A stretch of DNA of 64,000 nucleotides from an uncultured bacterium (GCA_965372795.1 CBDVDR010000002.1:32001-96000); one strand, 5' to 3'; positions 10,000 to 20,643 are shown, counted from the first letter of the stretch. Notes: generated from the letters alone by a model not told the origin. Numbers and translations are program-made.

Positions 10000-12130
10000 A
10001 TTTCCTTGTTATACTTATAGATAATTCATAAAACTTATAAGTGTCAAGAATGAGTTCATCTGTTGAAAAAATATGAGATATTGTTAAATCAATTTGGTTA
10101 TATCTATAAGAAATCTCTGATTCTGTTTTAAAAGAAGCTTGTCTCGGCATTCCTTCCAAATCTCTATACTGTTTAATTATTTCTGTTGAGAATGGAAATT
10201 TTATATAAGGAATATAAGTGTCCAGCTTAAAAAGAATACCTGTCGTTTTACTCCCTTTGGCATTTGCCAAAGAGAAATTAGTCGAAAATTCAACGTCTTT
10301 AAATTGACTTGAATTATAATTTATAGATATTGTATTTGAATATTCAGTCGGTGTAACTTTTGTTACTAGTACAGATTGTTGAGTAATAGTATCTCGTTCT
10401 TCCGTATCAAAATCACCTGTGAATCTCCAGGTATGTGAAGTAGATAAAGAAATAGTGTGTTTTTCCGAAAGATCTTTTCGGAAAAGAAAATCCCATAATA
10501 CTTGTGAGCTGGTTTTTGTACTATTATTTTCAGTAGTTTTTGTAAATACATGACCTAATTTTGTGGATACTTCACCCAGTAACCGATTATCTGTTTGGCT
10601 GATCTCAAAAGATGAGTTCATCGTTAATCCTTCAGATTCACTTTTGAGAGTGTCGCCAATCTTTTCTCTGGAATCTATTTTTATAGAACTCATCGGAACG
10701 AATTTTAATCTCCCAGACGATAATTCCATTCGATTTCTTAATTCATAACTTTTATTTGTCGCTTCATCTCTACCAAACCCTGTTTTGTTCTGTTGAGATA
10801 ATTCGCCATTAAAAGATATATGGTGTTTATATCTTTCTGAAGGTAATGCAAGTTTCGCAATATATTTTGTGTTGTCAGTTTCAATTTTAATTCCATCAGT
10901 AGTTTCTAATACATCCAGTTTATAATCATGGCTGACACTTCCGATAAGACCTTTTCTTTGAATGAAATTTAGGGTTGTTAGGTTTTTCGAATTATCGGTT
11001 ATTAGTTTATCAATACCTCCGGTAATACTTTCTCTTGCAGTTTTTTCTGAGTTAATCACTATATCAAATTTCCTGGAAATTTGATATAATAGTGAATTTT
11101 TAAAACCATCTGATAATTCTTTTAAATGGGTGCTTGCACTGAAAAGGTCGATGTGGGAAAAATTTGTTTTAATTTTTAATTTTTTAGTTAAATAACTAAA
11201 ATCAATCATAGCTTCAGTATTATCATTGATAATATCATTTTTAACAGGGAACTTCTCAACATCAATATTTATTACATAATTTTTCTCATGATTCAAATTG
11301 ACACTTATTGAACTCTGCATATAGTTATGTAATGGAATCACATCAATAAAATGACTGCCTGAATCAAAAGTAATCGTAAAGGTAAACTCAGGTGGGATTA
11401 TCTCATTGAATGTACCCGAAATTATTCTTACTGAATCATCTTTTATTTTATTGTTAAATATTACCGATACAGTATTGGTAAAAATATCACCTGGAAGCTC
11501 TAATGATGATATAATTATTTTTCGATCTTCATCAAAATCATAATCATATGAATTATCGGTCTTTTGGTTATTGAATGAGGCATCAAGCGTTGCTCCACTG
11601 AATAATTTACTCGAAAAATACGTACCGTACTTCTCTTCATTGATTCTTCTCTTTTGTAAAATTGCAAGACCGGGGGTGAGAAGCTCAGTCGAAGATCGCT
11701 CTGATTCATTAAACTTTAGAGAGACATCTTTCATTTTGATATAGAAAAAACTCAATGGATATGATCGTTTTGGGAAAAAGATGATATTACCGCTAAAATT
11801 ATTTAATTCAGGCGATGAATATGAACCCAATTGTAAAGTGTTGGTTTTCATTGAAGTAAAAAAACCTTTTAACATTGCCGAAAGAAAATAATTGGCAAAA
11901 TTCTCTGTCTTTATACTCCCGCCATTAGCAAAACTTACATAATGGTTTGAAATAAATCTGGTCGCATTATTGGGAGAGTAGCTGTTGGCATTGGACTCAC
12001 TGGATGAATTAATTGCATGAAGATCAACACCGAGCGATCCCTTTATTCGATATTGGGCTGATATGTTTGCACTTAAAAGCAATAGAACAAATGAAATTGT
12101 CCAAAAATATGTTGAATTATTTACTCTCAA
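9989..12130 (-). CDS. Putative outer-membrane beta-barrel (porin of a porin-cytochrome conduit)
   Basis: Signal peptide; Ser/Thr/aromatic alternating beta-strand pattern; no Cys; C-terminal strand YELSISITRKFGI; embedded among cytochromes. Confidence 0.55.
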   Translation of the reverse strand: MRVNNSTYFWTISFVLLLLSANISAQYRIKGSLGVDLHAINSSSESNANSYSPNNATRFISNHYVSFANGGSIKTENFANYFLSAMLKGFFTSMKTNTLQLGSYSSPELNNFSGNIIFFPKRSYPLSFFYIKMKDVSLKFNESERSSTELLTPGLAILQKRRINEEKYGTYFSSKLFSGATLDASFNNQKTDNSYDYDFDEDRKIIISSLELPGDIFTNTVSVIFNNKIKDDSVRIISGTFNEIIPPEFTFTITFDSGSHFIDVIPLHNYMQSSISVNLNHEKNYVINIDVEKFPVKNDIINDNTEAMIDFSYLTKKLKIKTNFSHIDLFSASTHLKELSDGFKNSLLYQISRKFDIVINSEKTARESITGGIDKLITDNSKNLTTLNFIQRKGLIGSVSHDYKLDVLETTDGIKIETDNTKYIAKLALPSERYKHHISFNGELSQQNKTGFGRDEATNKSYELRNRMELSSGRLKFVPMSSIKIDSREKIGDTLKSESEGLTMNSSFEISQTDNRLLGEVSTKLGHVFTKTTENNSTKTSSQVLWDFLFRKDLSEKHTISLSTSHTWRFTGDFDTEERDTITQQSVLVTKVTPTEYSNTISINYNSSQFKDVEFSTNFSLANAKGSKTTGILFKLDTYIPYIKFPFSTEIIKQYRDLEGMPRQASFKTESEISYRYNQIDLTISHIFSTDELILDTYKFYELSISITRKFGI

Positions 12131-12139
12131 AAGAACTCT

Positions 12140-12808
12140 TTATTTGGTGTGACACCGTCCGCATAAAGCAGAGTTAGCATTTGATTCAATTAAAAAAGCC
12201 CCATAAGTATTATCATGAGGATCATGACAAGAATTACACTCAACATAAATACCCTCTGATAGAAGTTTATCAGGGTATAAAGCTGGATCTCCGGTTTTGG
12301 CGACGAAATCATCATCTTTAGTATGATCATAGATTATTCCAACAGGGTGGTCATCTTGTAAATTCGTTCCAACATAAGAATCCGAAGCTGCTGTCAACTT
12401 GCCGGCACCATCAAGGGCTGAGCCACCGGGAGTTCCATAAGAACCCGCACCTTGAGGTCCGGGTACATTATTTAGTGAATTAATCGCAATTGTTCCATCA
12501 TGACAAGTCAAACAAACCAAAGAACCGTTATTTGGCTGCAAGGTTTGAGACATGTCTATCGAAGGAGAATCATACATATCATAAGTTTGACCAGAATTTG
12601 TATGATTCCACAATGGGGCAGGGTCTGTCACATCGGCATTATGAGCAGTATGACAGAAGGAGCAAACCCGTCGAGTACCATAGAAAAATGCGTTTGGACT
12701 ATAAGTTGCAGATGTGAAATTATGCTTGGTCTCTCTGACACCAGCCATTGAAATTCCACTGCCAATAACTATACTTGCTATTATTAGTAAGATTATAAGT
12801 TTTTTCAT
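12140..12808 (-). CDS. OmcE-like tetraheme cytochrome c
   Basis: VRETKHNF...VCSFCHTAHNA...PLWNH...SLVCLTCHDGT...GTNLQDDHPVG...VECNSCHDPHDN...FL...SALCGRCHTK. Confidence 0.85.
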   Translation of the reverse strand: MKKLIILLIIASIVIGSGISMAGVRETKHNFTSATYSPNAFFYGTRRVCSFCHTAHNADVTDPAPLWNHTNSGQTYDMYDSPSIDMSQTLQPNNGSLVCLTCHDGTIAINSLNNVPGPQGAGSYGTPGGSALDGAGKLTAASDSYVGTNLQDDHPVGIIYDHTKDDDFVAKTGDPALYPDKLLSEGIYVECNSCHDPHDNTYGAFLIESNANSALCGRCHTK

Positions 12809-12818
12809 AATATATTCC

Positions 12819-13895
12819 TTAATTGACTAATCCTTCTTGTCCCAGATATTGAAATACTTGAACTCTTCTATTTATTGAGTCACCAATATATATATAATTC
12901 TCATCATCAATTGAAATACCGGCAGGAAGCCTGAATTCACCAGGACGCATACCTGCTTGACCAAATTTTAACAATACTCTCCCGATGTTATCGAATATTA
13001 TGACTTTATTTCTAACAGCATCTGTAATGTAAATATTATTATCAGAATCTATAGAGATATCTCTTGGACGTACCATTGGTCCGGGAGAAGTCTCTGTGGA
13101 TCCAAAATTAAATAAAAAATTACCGTCTATATCAAACACTTGAACTGAAAAATGAAAAGAATCAACGACATATACTGAATCACCCTTATTAATTGCTACC
13201 GTCAATGGAAAATGAAATTCTCCAAGTTCATCACCACGATGCCCAAACTCTTTTATAAATTTGCCATCTTTAGTAAAGATTTTTACTTTATGATCCTGTG
13301 AATCTACAATAAACATTTTGTCTTCATTCTTAGTAAATGTAATTCCTACCGGTCCTTTAAAATCTTCTGCCGAGCCGATAAAATGAGAAAATTTGTAATC
13401 AGGTGTGAAAACTACTACTCTTTTTAATTTTGTGTCACTCACATAAATTAGCCCATTTCTGTCCAATTTTACATAAACTGGTTCGGCAAGATACCCTTGG
13501 CTTCCTAAAGAATTGAAAAACTTAGAGGTCCCTTTTTCAAAATCCAGGACTAAAATACCCTTTGTAGCTGTATCGGCAATAAATAACTTAGATTTACCAT
13601 CGTAGGTGACACCGTAAGGCTTTTGTATCAAATGAGTTGTACCTCTTCCTAAAAAGAAGTCTCGAACTTTTCCGAAAAATGACCTTTTCATATTTTCACT
13701 GCCATAAATCGTTTTGACATATTTGATCTTGGGAGTTAATGGAGCTTTTGGCCAGTAGATTTCTTCCACAGGTCGGGGAGGTTTACTACAACTGCACAAC
13801 AATAAAATCATCAATGATATTACTATATAAATAATTCTCATAGATTTCATATATCTCATATATCTCATAATAAATCCATATGACAACCTAAACAA
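12819..13895 (-). CDS. NHL-repeat lipoprotein
   Basis: Lipobox-like LLLCSC; WPKAPLTPKIKYV; multiple NHL repeats. The true start is probably at 13868 or later. Confidence 0.85.
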   Translation of the reverse strand: MFRLSYGFIMRYMRYMKSMRIIYIVISLMILLLCSCSKPPRPVEEIYWPKAPLTPKIKYVKTIYGSENMKRSFFGKVRDFFLGRGTTHLIQKPYGVTYDGKSKLFIADTATKGILVLDFEKGTSKFFNSLGSQGYLAEPVYVKLDRNGLIYVSDTKLKRVVVFTPDYKFSHFIGSAEDFKGPVGITFTKNEDKMFIVDSQDHKVKIFTKDGKFIKEFGHRGDELGEFHFPLTVAINKGDSVYVVDSFHFSVQVFDIDGNFLFNFGSTETSPGPMVRPRDISIDSDNNIYITDAVRNKVIIFDNIGRVLLKFGQAGMRPGEFRLPAGISIDDENYIYIGDSINRRVQVFQYLGQEGLVN

Positions 13896-14971
13896 ATTAA
13901 ATTATTGTCAGATTTAAGCATAAAAGGTTGTTTTGATGAATGTGGATTATGACAGGTCAGGCATTCTAATTTGCCCTCTTGGGATAATTGTAAATTACTT
14001 GATAATTCCTTTTTTGGGGCTACGTTAAACGGGTGAGAATGATCTTTTAAATCACCTTCAACTTTATGGCAGGATAAACAAATTATTTCAGAATCTGCTT
14101 TTAAAATCCATTCATTATTTGTTGAATGAGGATCATGACAGCCACCACAATTGCCTTCAATAAAAGGCTTATGAACTACTGTGGCGTTTACTTGTTTTTC
14201 AACATCTTCATGACACTCAAAACATAACATGTCTTCAGGAAGATTGAGGATATGTTCATTTTCCGATCCATGATGCGAATGGCAAATTAGACAACTGCCA
14301 CCAGCTATGGGACCATGAACATATTCCTTGTCAAATGATTTTATCTTATCTTCATGACACTTGAAACAGGGGTTCTTTGATTGAGTTTGCTCATCAACTA
14401 CTGCTTTCAAATTTGAACTAAGTTCATGACACAAAAAACACGTTTTATCATCTGCTTTTGTATGTTTGTCAAAATTATCTTTTAATGATATATGACAACT
14501 TGTACATGTTTTGGAATCATCAACTTTGTTCAAATTAGCGAAATCAATCTCATGGCATGCCAGACAACTTTGATCTACTTCCTGACTATGGAATGAATAA
14601 TTTGGATATAACCTTTTGTATTTACGCTCTATCAAAGGAGCATACATTACTTCAACAATTGAATATTTTGTTTCTGAGGAAGATTTCCCGCTGTAAGCTG
14701 GAATCAATTTTATTTCGTGTAATCCATATCCAAAATTAATCTGCTTATGAAAAAAACTGTCTTTTACTAATATGTTATCGTAAAGTTTCCCATTTAAAAA
14801 TATGTCAACAATTTGGGCATCGGTCTTTCCAACGATTATTATCTTATTCTGATTAATACTGATACGATTATTCGGTGCCAGAATCTCCAGAAGTTCAGAA
14901 GCCTCGGCAAAATTTAATAGATTAAAACTAATGATGATTGTTAGTAGTATATGTTTCAATTCAATTCTCAT
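13865..14971 (-). CDS. Decaheme cytochrome c with N-terminal Ig-like domain
   Basis: Signal peptide; 10 CXXCH in the C-terminal two-thirds; HGP/HKP and CHDPH doubled-CXXCH motifs. Confidence 0.9.
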   Translation of the reverse strand: MRIELKHILLTIIISFNLLNFAEASELLEILAPNNRISINQNKIIIVGKTDAQIVDIFLNGKLYDNILVKDSFFHKQINFGYGLHEIKLIPAYSGKSSSETKYSIVEVMYAPLIERKYKRLYPNYSFHSQEVDQSCLACHEIDFANLNKVDDSKTCTSCHISLKDNFDKHTKADDKTCFLCHELSSNLKAVVDEQTQSKNPCFKCHEDKIKSFDKEYVHGPIAGGSCLICHSHHGSENEHILNLPEDMLCFECHEDVEKQVNATVVHKPFIEGNCGGCHDPHSTNNEWILKADSEIICLSCHKVEGDLKDHSHPFNVAPKKELSSNLQLSQEGKLECLTCHNPHSSKQPFMLKSDNNLICLGCHMDLL

Positions 14972-14989
14972 TGTTTTAACTCTCTAATT

Positions 14990-15026
14990 AAAAAGGCAGA
15001 GCCGGGATTTTTACCCGACTCTGCCC
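14990..15026 (-). terminator. Intrinsic terminator/attenuator after the decaheme gene 15058..16278
   Basis: Minus strand GGCAGAGTCGGG-taaaaat-CCCGGCTCTGCC followed by TTTTT. Confidence 0.7.
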
Positions 15027-15057
15027 GAAATACATATTTAAACTATTTTAATATAGT

Positions 15058-16278
15058 TTAGTTAGCAGTATGACAACCACTACAAACGGCATCATTTGTA
15101 TTGTCAGCTCTCAAGAAAGGACGGACTGATCCGCCAAGTCTATGAACAGAGTGACATGTTTCACAAACGATGAAAGCATTGGTAGTTGCATAGTCTTTTG
15201 TTGCATCATAAGTTGCATCATTGATAGCACTTGCTACTGGATATGTAGCACCCAGAGTAGTTGGCATAGTGACATTAGCACTTGCATTCACCTGATCAAC
15301 TGGGTGAGAGTTACCACCAACTTCAGGAGCTGTTGTTGCAGCTGCTGTGTGACAAGTCTGACAGCCATCTGATTCTTCGTTAGCATAAACTTGCAAGAAG
15401 TTTACCGAAGGACCGGCAGCGGCATTAAAGCCTGTTGTATGGACAAAGTGACAGTCATTACAACCAGTCATAGCATCACCATGAGAACCTGTTCCACCAG
15501 TCATGTGTCTACCCGGTGCTGCACCAGCTTGGTTCAAGAAAGTACCATCTGGATAAGATGACGCACTTATACCTGTTGTATAAGTAGTTTGGGATTCATG
15601 ACAATCAACACAAGCACCACCCCAGGCATTTGCTGCATTATTCTGAACTGGAAGTAACCATTTACCGTCAGTTCCTTCAACACCACCGGTTTGTGCTACA
15701 ATAGTACCGGTACCGTGAACTACAGCGATTGAGTGACAATCACCACAGCCGATGTTTGCAGTTTGTGGATGGTTTTCAGCCTGAAGATAGTTGTTAGTAA
15801 GACTAACACCAGGGAAAGTACCATCATGACAATCAGCACATTCACCGGTACTTGCACCAAGAGTGGTCAAGAACTTACCATCAGTGTTATTGTTCTGAGA
15901 ATGAACATCATGACAAGATGCGTCATCTCCGGAACATGTTGCAAATGAAGTAGTATTTGCATGCAACTGGTTAGCACCTGTAAATGGCAATGAACCTGTT
16001 GTTACTTGGGCTACAATAGTACCATCATGACAGGATTGACACAGACCGGCAACGCCACCGGCTCCACCAACACTCATTGACCAAAGTTTGTCAGCGCCAG
16101 AAGTCGCTTTATGTGGAACATGGCAGGATGTACACAGATCAAGTGTACCAACAAAACTACCTGGCATTGTCATGCCAGTTCCGGCCAAGTCATGGGCGCC
16201 GCCATCAACGGCAGCATTTACACCTAAAGGCAGTGCTAACAAAGCAACACCGATAGCGATTGTAAATAGTTTTTTCAT
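15058..16278 (-). CDS. Secreted multiheme cytochrome c (9 CXXCH + CX6CH) with OmcE-like termini
   Basis: GGAGG RBS, signal peptide, Gly/Thr/Ala-rich; GGAHDL...LCTSCHVPH...LW...LCQSCHDGT and IVCETCHSVH...PFLR...VCSGCH; CSGDDASCH. Confidence 0.9.
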   Translation of the reverse strand: MKKLFTIAIGVALLALPLGVNAAVDGGAHDLAGTGMTMPGSFVGTLDLCTSCHVPHKATSGADKLWSMSVGGAGGVAGLCQSCHDGTIVAQVTTGSLPFTGANQLHANTTSFATCSGDDASCHDVHSQNNNTDGKFLTTLGASTGECADCHDGTFPGVSLTNNYLQAENHPQTANIGCGDCHSIAVVHGTGTIVAQTGGVEGTDGKWLLPVQNNAANAWGGACVDCHESQTTYTTGISASSYPDGTFLNQAGAAPGRHMTGGTGSHGDAMTGCNDCHFVHTTGFNAAAGPSVNFLQVYANEESDGCQTCHTAAATTAPEVGGNSHPVDQVNASANVTMPTTLGATYPVASAINDATYDATKDYATTNAFIVCETCHSVHRLGGSVRPFLRADNTNDAVCSGCHTAN

Positions 16279-16351
16279 ACCTTCATACCTCCGAAAGACG
16301 AAAAGTTAAAAATTAAGTGATTAGTTGTTATATATAATAAGTTCATTATAT

Positions 16352-17908
16352 CTATTCCGATTTAGTAATTACATATTTAAAGCCCATTACTTTATTACTT
16401 CTTTCACTCGTGACATAAATGATATTGTCTTTAACAATAATGCCTCGAGGTCCTGCAAGCTGCTGGCTCTCATCAGTAAAACTCTTAGTTGAGATAGCTA
16501 TCTTTGGTTCACCTTCCAGGTTGAAGGCTTGAATTGTTCCAGCCATAGCGTCAGTACACCAGTACAAACCGTCTGAAAAATTTACTCCGACCGCACGACC
16601 AAAGGTACCTACTGATGTGCCCATTCCGCCAAAATGTAATTGTTCTTCACCTTCAAAATTTGAAATAATAATTTGACCCATGATAGGATTTGTATGAACA
16701 AAAGTTTTATCATCAATTATCTGGACTCCATTTGGATAATGAGCAAGGAATGTTTCACCCATTTTATATTCTTTTTGAATTTGACCTTCAGAATCAATAA
16801 TTAGAATTCGATGGTTGCCAACATCTGAACATAAGATCCTTCCATCATCAAATACATCAATGCCGTTTGCTCTTAGCCCTTCCTTTTCACCTTCTGGTAC
16901 TTTGATCCTTTTAATGAATTTTCCTTCAGATGAGAATATTTGTATGTCTCTTGTAGAAACATCACTCACATAAACCTGATCTTTACTGTCTATTCCTATT
17001 GCAAATGGAATTAAAAATGCTCCGTTTGGTGGATCTTCTCGATCATCAGATTCCATTCCTGATCCAAAGACAAACTTTACTTGACCGGCATTATCAGTGC
17101 AAACGATTCTATGGTTCCCTTGATCAACAATATAAAAATCACCTTTAGAATTTACGGCAATCCCGGTAGGATTCATTAATGGCTTACCTTTTGCCTCAGT
17201 TACTTCAAAAACCAACTCAAGTTTTATTGAATCAAGATGAATCGTTGATTCTGCAGCTTCAAGTGCCACCCGTTCTTCTTCTGTAAGACCGAATTTTATT
17301 ACGGTCTCTTCTGAAGGATCACTTTCCTCAAATTCTTCATTTAAAGCACTTATGATATAATAATAGGATGTGCCACTAACAAGATTGTCAGCATCGGTAT
17401 AAGATACTCTCGAAACATTGCCGATTAATTCAAACCCTGAACCAGATGTTGTAGAACGACTAATATTATAAGCAATAGCTCCTTTTACTTTATCCCATAA
17501 AATCATTATTGCTGTTTCTCGATCATTTATTCTGGCACCTACTCCTTTAGGAGCAGAAAAAGCATCAATCTCTGCCGGCATTTTTACATCTTTTGTGTTT
17601 CCGGCTAATTCATTGCCATCAACAACCGCAGCAATTTTATAAGTAAAAACTACACCGGCTTGAAGCTTAGTATCAAAATAATTTGTTTTATCAGTAGTGC
17701 CTAATTTTGCAAATTCACTGTCAGCAGTTTTACGATATACAATGTACTCAGAAGCGTCAGCTACTTTCATCCATTTTAGTCCTACTTTTCCTTTGACAAA
17801 AAATGCTCCTATCAGCTTAGGACCTTCCTGGGCCTGAACTGATGAAAATGCAAATGCAGCTATGAAAATTAGAACTACTACTCTCAAAATAGGGGAGAGT
17901 CTCGTCAT
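16352..17908 (-). CDS. Secreted fibronectin-III + NHL-repeat protein
   Basis: Start moved to MTRLSP at 17908 (AGGAA RBS, signal peptide follows). Two FN3-like domains (LWDKVKGAIAYNISRS...YYYIISALN) followed by NHL repeats. Confidence 0.8.
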   Translation of the reverse strand: MTRLSPILRVVVLIFIAAFAFSSVQAQEGPKLIGAFFVKGKVGLKWMKVADASEYIVYRKTADSEFAKLGTTDKTNYFDTKLQAGVVFTYKIAAVVDGNELAGNTKDVKMPAEIDAFSAPKGVGARINDRETAIMILWDKVKGAIAYNISRSTTSGSGFELIGNVSRVSYTDADNLVSGTSYYYIISALNEEFEESDPSEETVIKFGLTEEERVALEAAESTIHLDSIKLELVFEVTEAKGKPLMNPTGIAVNSKGDFYIVDQGNHRIVCTDNAGQVKFVFGSGMESDDREDPPNGAFLIPFAIGIDSKDQVYVSDVSTRDIQIFSSEGKFIKRIKVPEGEKEGLRANGIDVFDDGRILCSDVGNHRILIIDSEGQIQKEYKMGETFLAHYPNGVQIIDDKTFVHTNPIMGQIIISNFEGEEQLHFGGMGTSVGTFGRAVGVNFSDGLYWCTDAMAGTIQAFNLEGEPKIAISTKSFTDESQQLAGPRGIIVKDNIIYVTSERSNKVMGFKYVITKSE

Positions 17909-17981
17909 GTTAAAATTCCTTTTTTTTGTAGTTTCATCTCGATCCTCAGTCATTTGAGAATCAAAAGTATTACTCCCGGTT

Positions 17982-17999
17982 TTGTTATAAAATTCACAA
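17982..17999. promoter_or_regulatory. Rex/CRP-like operator
   Basis: TTGTTATAAAATTCACAA, an 18-bp near-palindrome. Confidence 0.55.
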
Positions 18000-18123
18000 A
18001 GTGAAGTTCTCTTAATGTTTTTTAATTTAACGCGGTTCATTTCATTAAGCTTTACTTTTTGTTATTTCCATCGATCTAAATTGAAGAGTAAGAAGAGTAT
18101 CTATTAATAAAAGGAAGGCTGGC

Positions 18124-18141
18124 TTGTTATTGAATTCACAA
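18124..18141. promoter_or_regulatory. Rex/CRP-like operator
   Basis: TTGTTATTGAATTCACAA, an 18-bp near-palindrome. Confidence 0.55.
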
Positions 18142-18231
18142 GTCGAGCTGTTTAAAAATCCTTTTTTTCTTTCTATTCTTAACATCATCAACTGTCTTTT
18201 CTTTTCTTGCGATGACGAAACCATGACAATA

Positions 18232-18267
18232 TTGTGATAAATATAACAATATCGAGGGTTTTGTCAA
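18232..18267 (-). promoter_or_regulatory. Sigma70-like promoter (TTGACA-N16-TATATT) overlapped by a Rex/CRP-like palindrome
   Basis: TTGTGATAAATATAACAA at 18232-18249; -35 at 18267-18262. Confidence 0.65.
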
Positions 18268-18502
18268 TAGAGAAAATGGAATAAATTTAGTATATTTTAA
18301 TACTTATTTCTGGCAATTATATACAAAAATAAAGCAATAATCAATCCGATTATATGATAATTTAAATCCTCCTTATCTCCTTGTTATCAAAGAGTTAATG
18401 TCATTATCGGTCAACTCTTATCATTTATTGATAATAAAAAATAGGAATTGTTACTTTTTGTGCACTTTTTGGGAATTATTTCTGCTATTTGGGGAAATAG
18501 GA

Positions 18503-19771
18503 CTATTTAAGTAAAAATTCAGAATTGCTAACATGTGCAAAATGACAATCAATACATTTTGACTTTTCCAATTTTTCGGCTGGATGAGCTTCTGATGGCT
18601 CAATATCATGGCAATTCATACAAAGTTCACTATCTTGAAGCTCTTCTTTGGTCATTTCACCATCGTGACAGGACTCACAATCACCCTCTTCAAATGGCGG
18701 GTGATAATTGGTCTTGATTATAGCTGAATTCTCAGAACCATGAGGATCATGGCAATTTGAGCATTTTGAAGGAGTCAATGAAGCATGCTTCTCAAGAAAA
18801 TCATCATCTTCAATATCATGGCAACCCGTGCATAAATCTTCCTCAGGGTCGATTAAAACACCTGCATGAGGGTCATGACAGGCGGTACAATCATCATCTA
18901 ATACAGCAGCATGGGCAAATTCAAGTTCGAGTTTTTCTTCAATCTCGGAATGACATCCAAAACATAAATCCAGTTGAGTATCTTCTACTAAATGATTTCC
19001 ACCCTTTTTATAGTGAGGAGTATGGCAAACAAGACAGTCCTCATCTTCAAGAATTGTATGGACTTTTTCTGACTCCATTTTTTCTTTTATATCAGTATGA
19101 CAACTAAGGCAAAGATCAGTTGGTTCATCTTTTAAAATTGAACCATAATCGGAAGTATGCCCGGTGTGGCATTGTTCACAAGAATTCAAATCTTTTCCGG
19201 AGTGCATTTCGTTTGGTTGGAAATCAATGAAATCGGCATGACAATCAAGACAAATATACCCCGTAGGTAATAGTAACATCCCCGGGAATAATGACCCATG
19301 AGGGTTATGACAAGTCAGACAATTCTTTTTTGCGTATGGTTCATGAATATTTTTATCATCAGGGTCGGGCTCATCATGACATTCAAAACATAACTCAGGA
19401 ACTTTTTCCTTCAGAAAAAATTTATTCTTGGATGAATGAGGACTATGACAATTTGAACAGCCAATCTCATCCAAGATTGGATAGTGAATCTGATCTTCTT
19501 CTAACTCTATGATAGTTTCATGACAATTTGAGCAAAAATCTTTTGATTCACCTATAAATTCTATCTTATTTCGAAATTCATGAAATTGATGGCAGGCATA
19601 ACAATCATTATCTTTAAATGGCTTATGATTAATCTTGCCCTTTAATCTCTTGGCAATATTTTTATGACAATCAGTACAATTTTTCTCTTTATAACTTGTA
19701 ATAGCGGTAACCGGCAGCAAAGCAGCAACAACTATGTAAATCAAAAAGTATTTCAAAAAAATTCGTAACAT
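18503..19771 (-). CDS. 17-heme periplasmic cytochrome c (doubled-CXXCH repeats)
   Basis: Signal peptide; 17 CXXCH counted; acidic composition. Confidence 0.92.
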   Translation of the reverse strand: MLRIFLKYFLIYIVVAALLPVTAITSYKEKNCTDCHKNIAKRLKGKINHKPFKDNDCYACHQFHEFRNKIEFIGESKDFCSNCHETIIELEEDQIHYPILDEIGCSNCHSPHSSKNKFFLKEKVPELCFECHDEPDPDDKNIHEPYAKKNCLTCHNPHGSLFPGMLLLPTGYICLDCHADFIDFQPNEMHSGKDLNSCEQCHTGHTSDYGSILKDEPTDLCLSCHTDIKEKMESEKVHTILEDEDCLVCHTPHYKKGGNHLVEDTQLDLCFGCHSEIEEKLELEFAHAAVLDDDCTACHDPHAGVLIDPEEDLCTGCHDIEDDDFLEKHASLTPSKCSNCHDPHGSENSAIIKTNYHPPFEEGDCESCHDGEMTKEELQDSELCMNCHDIEPSEAHPAEKLEKSKCIDCHFAHVSNSEFLLK

Positions 19772-19791
19772 TTGTGCTCTATTTTTTAATC

Positions 19792-20643
19792 CTAGTCTAT
19801 CTTATATATATTTTCGTCAATTTCTTGATTTATTTTAACAGACTTAATTGTATATTCTGACATTTTTAATCCCATTGATACATTCATCTTTGAAGAAGGC
19901 AATATATAACCATCATATTCCTGAAATGCAGAAAAGTAATTAATGAAAACTGTCCTGTATTCATCTTGAATTATCATTCCTTCAATTTTTTTTATATAAT
20001 TATCTTCCGGATCAATACCGAGAACCATTATCAATGAATCTTCTTTTTTTAAATAAATATAATTAAGAGAGTCATCCAATCTTGTTCCAAATTTGATTTC
20101 AGGAAATGTTTTATAATTTGCACCTGCTGGCATTGATAAGACAAGATAGCTGTACAATTCAGCTTTATATCCACCGGTTTCAAGTTGAGCAGAATTATTA
20201 TTTACAGTTTTAAATGCCTTCTCGCTATTTAAAGTGTAAGACACCGTTAGAGTGTCATTAATTGTCCTGATCTTCTTATATTTTAAATCACTATCATATA
20301 ATAGATTTACTATGCCGGTGTTATCATTTAATAACGAGGCCGAGATAAATTCAATATCCATATTTTTTAATTTGTTCAAGTGCTCTAAACCGCCATACTT
20401 ATTTATACAATTATCAAATACTTGATTCCCTTCAGGAGAATCTTTCAAATTAGTTGCTTCATCCCAAAGCGAATCATAATTTAATTTCTCAATCACTTCA
20501 CCTGTATACCAATGACCATGATCTACTACTTTTTGTTCTTTTCCTTTGCTGGCAGCATCGTCATAAGCTAAACCTGAGCAAAACCCCAATAACGAAATTG
20601 CTATTGTAACAGTTATGATTTTTAACAAGATATTTTTTGTCAT
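19792..20643 (-). CDS. Exported hypothetical protein, possibly LolA-like fold
   Basis: Signal peptide; YGGLEHLNKLK and FSAFQEYDGYILP...VKINQEIDENIY resemble LolA-like sorting proteins (weak). Confidence 0.5.
   Translation of the reverse strand: MTKNILLKIITVTIAISLLGFCSGLAYDDAASKGKEQKVVDHGHWYTGEVIEKLNYDSLWDEATNLKDSPEGNQVFDNCINKYGGLEHLNKLKNMDIEFISASLLNDNTGIVNLLYDSDLKYKKIRTINDTLTVSYTLNSEKAFKTVNNNSAQLETGGYKAELYSYLVLSMPAGANYKTFPEIKFGTRLDDSLNYIYLKKEDSLIMVLGIDPEDNYIKKIEGMIIQDEYRTVFINYFSAFQEYDGYILPSSKMNVSMGLKMSEYTIKSVKINQEIDENIYKID

Noticed and set aside
17909..18040. N-terminal extension of the FN3-NHL ORF
   Set aside because: The signal peptide and RBS fit the start at 17908, and the extension contains an operator-like site.
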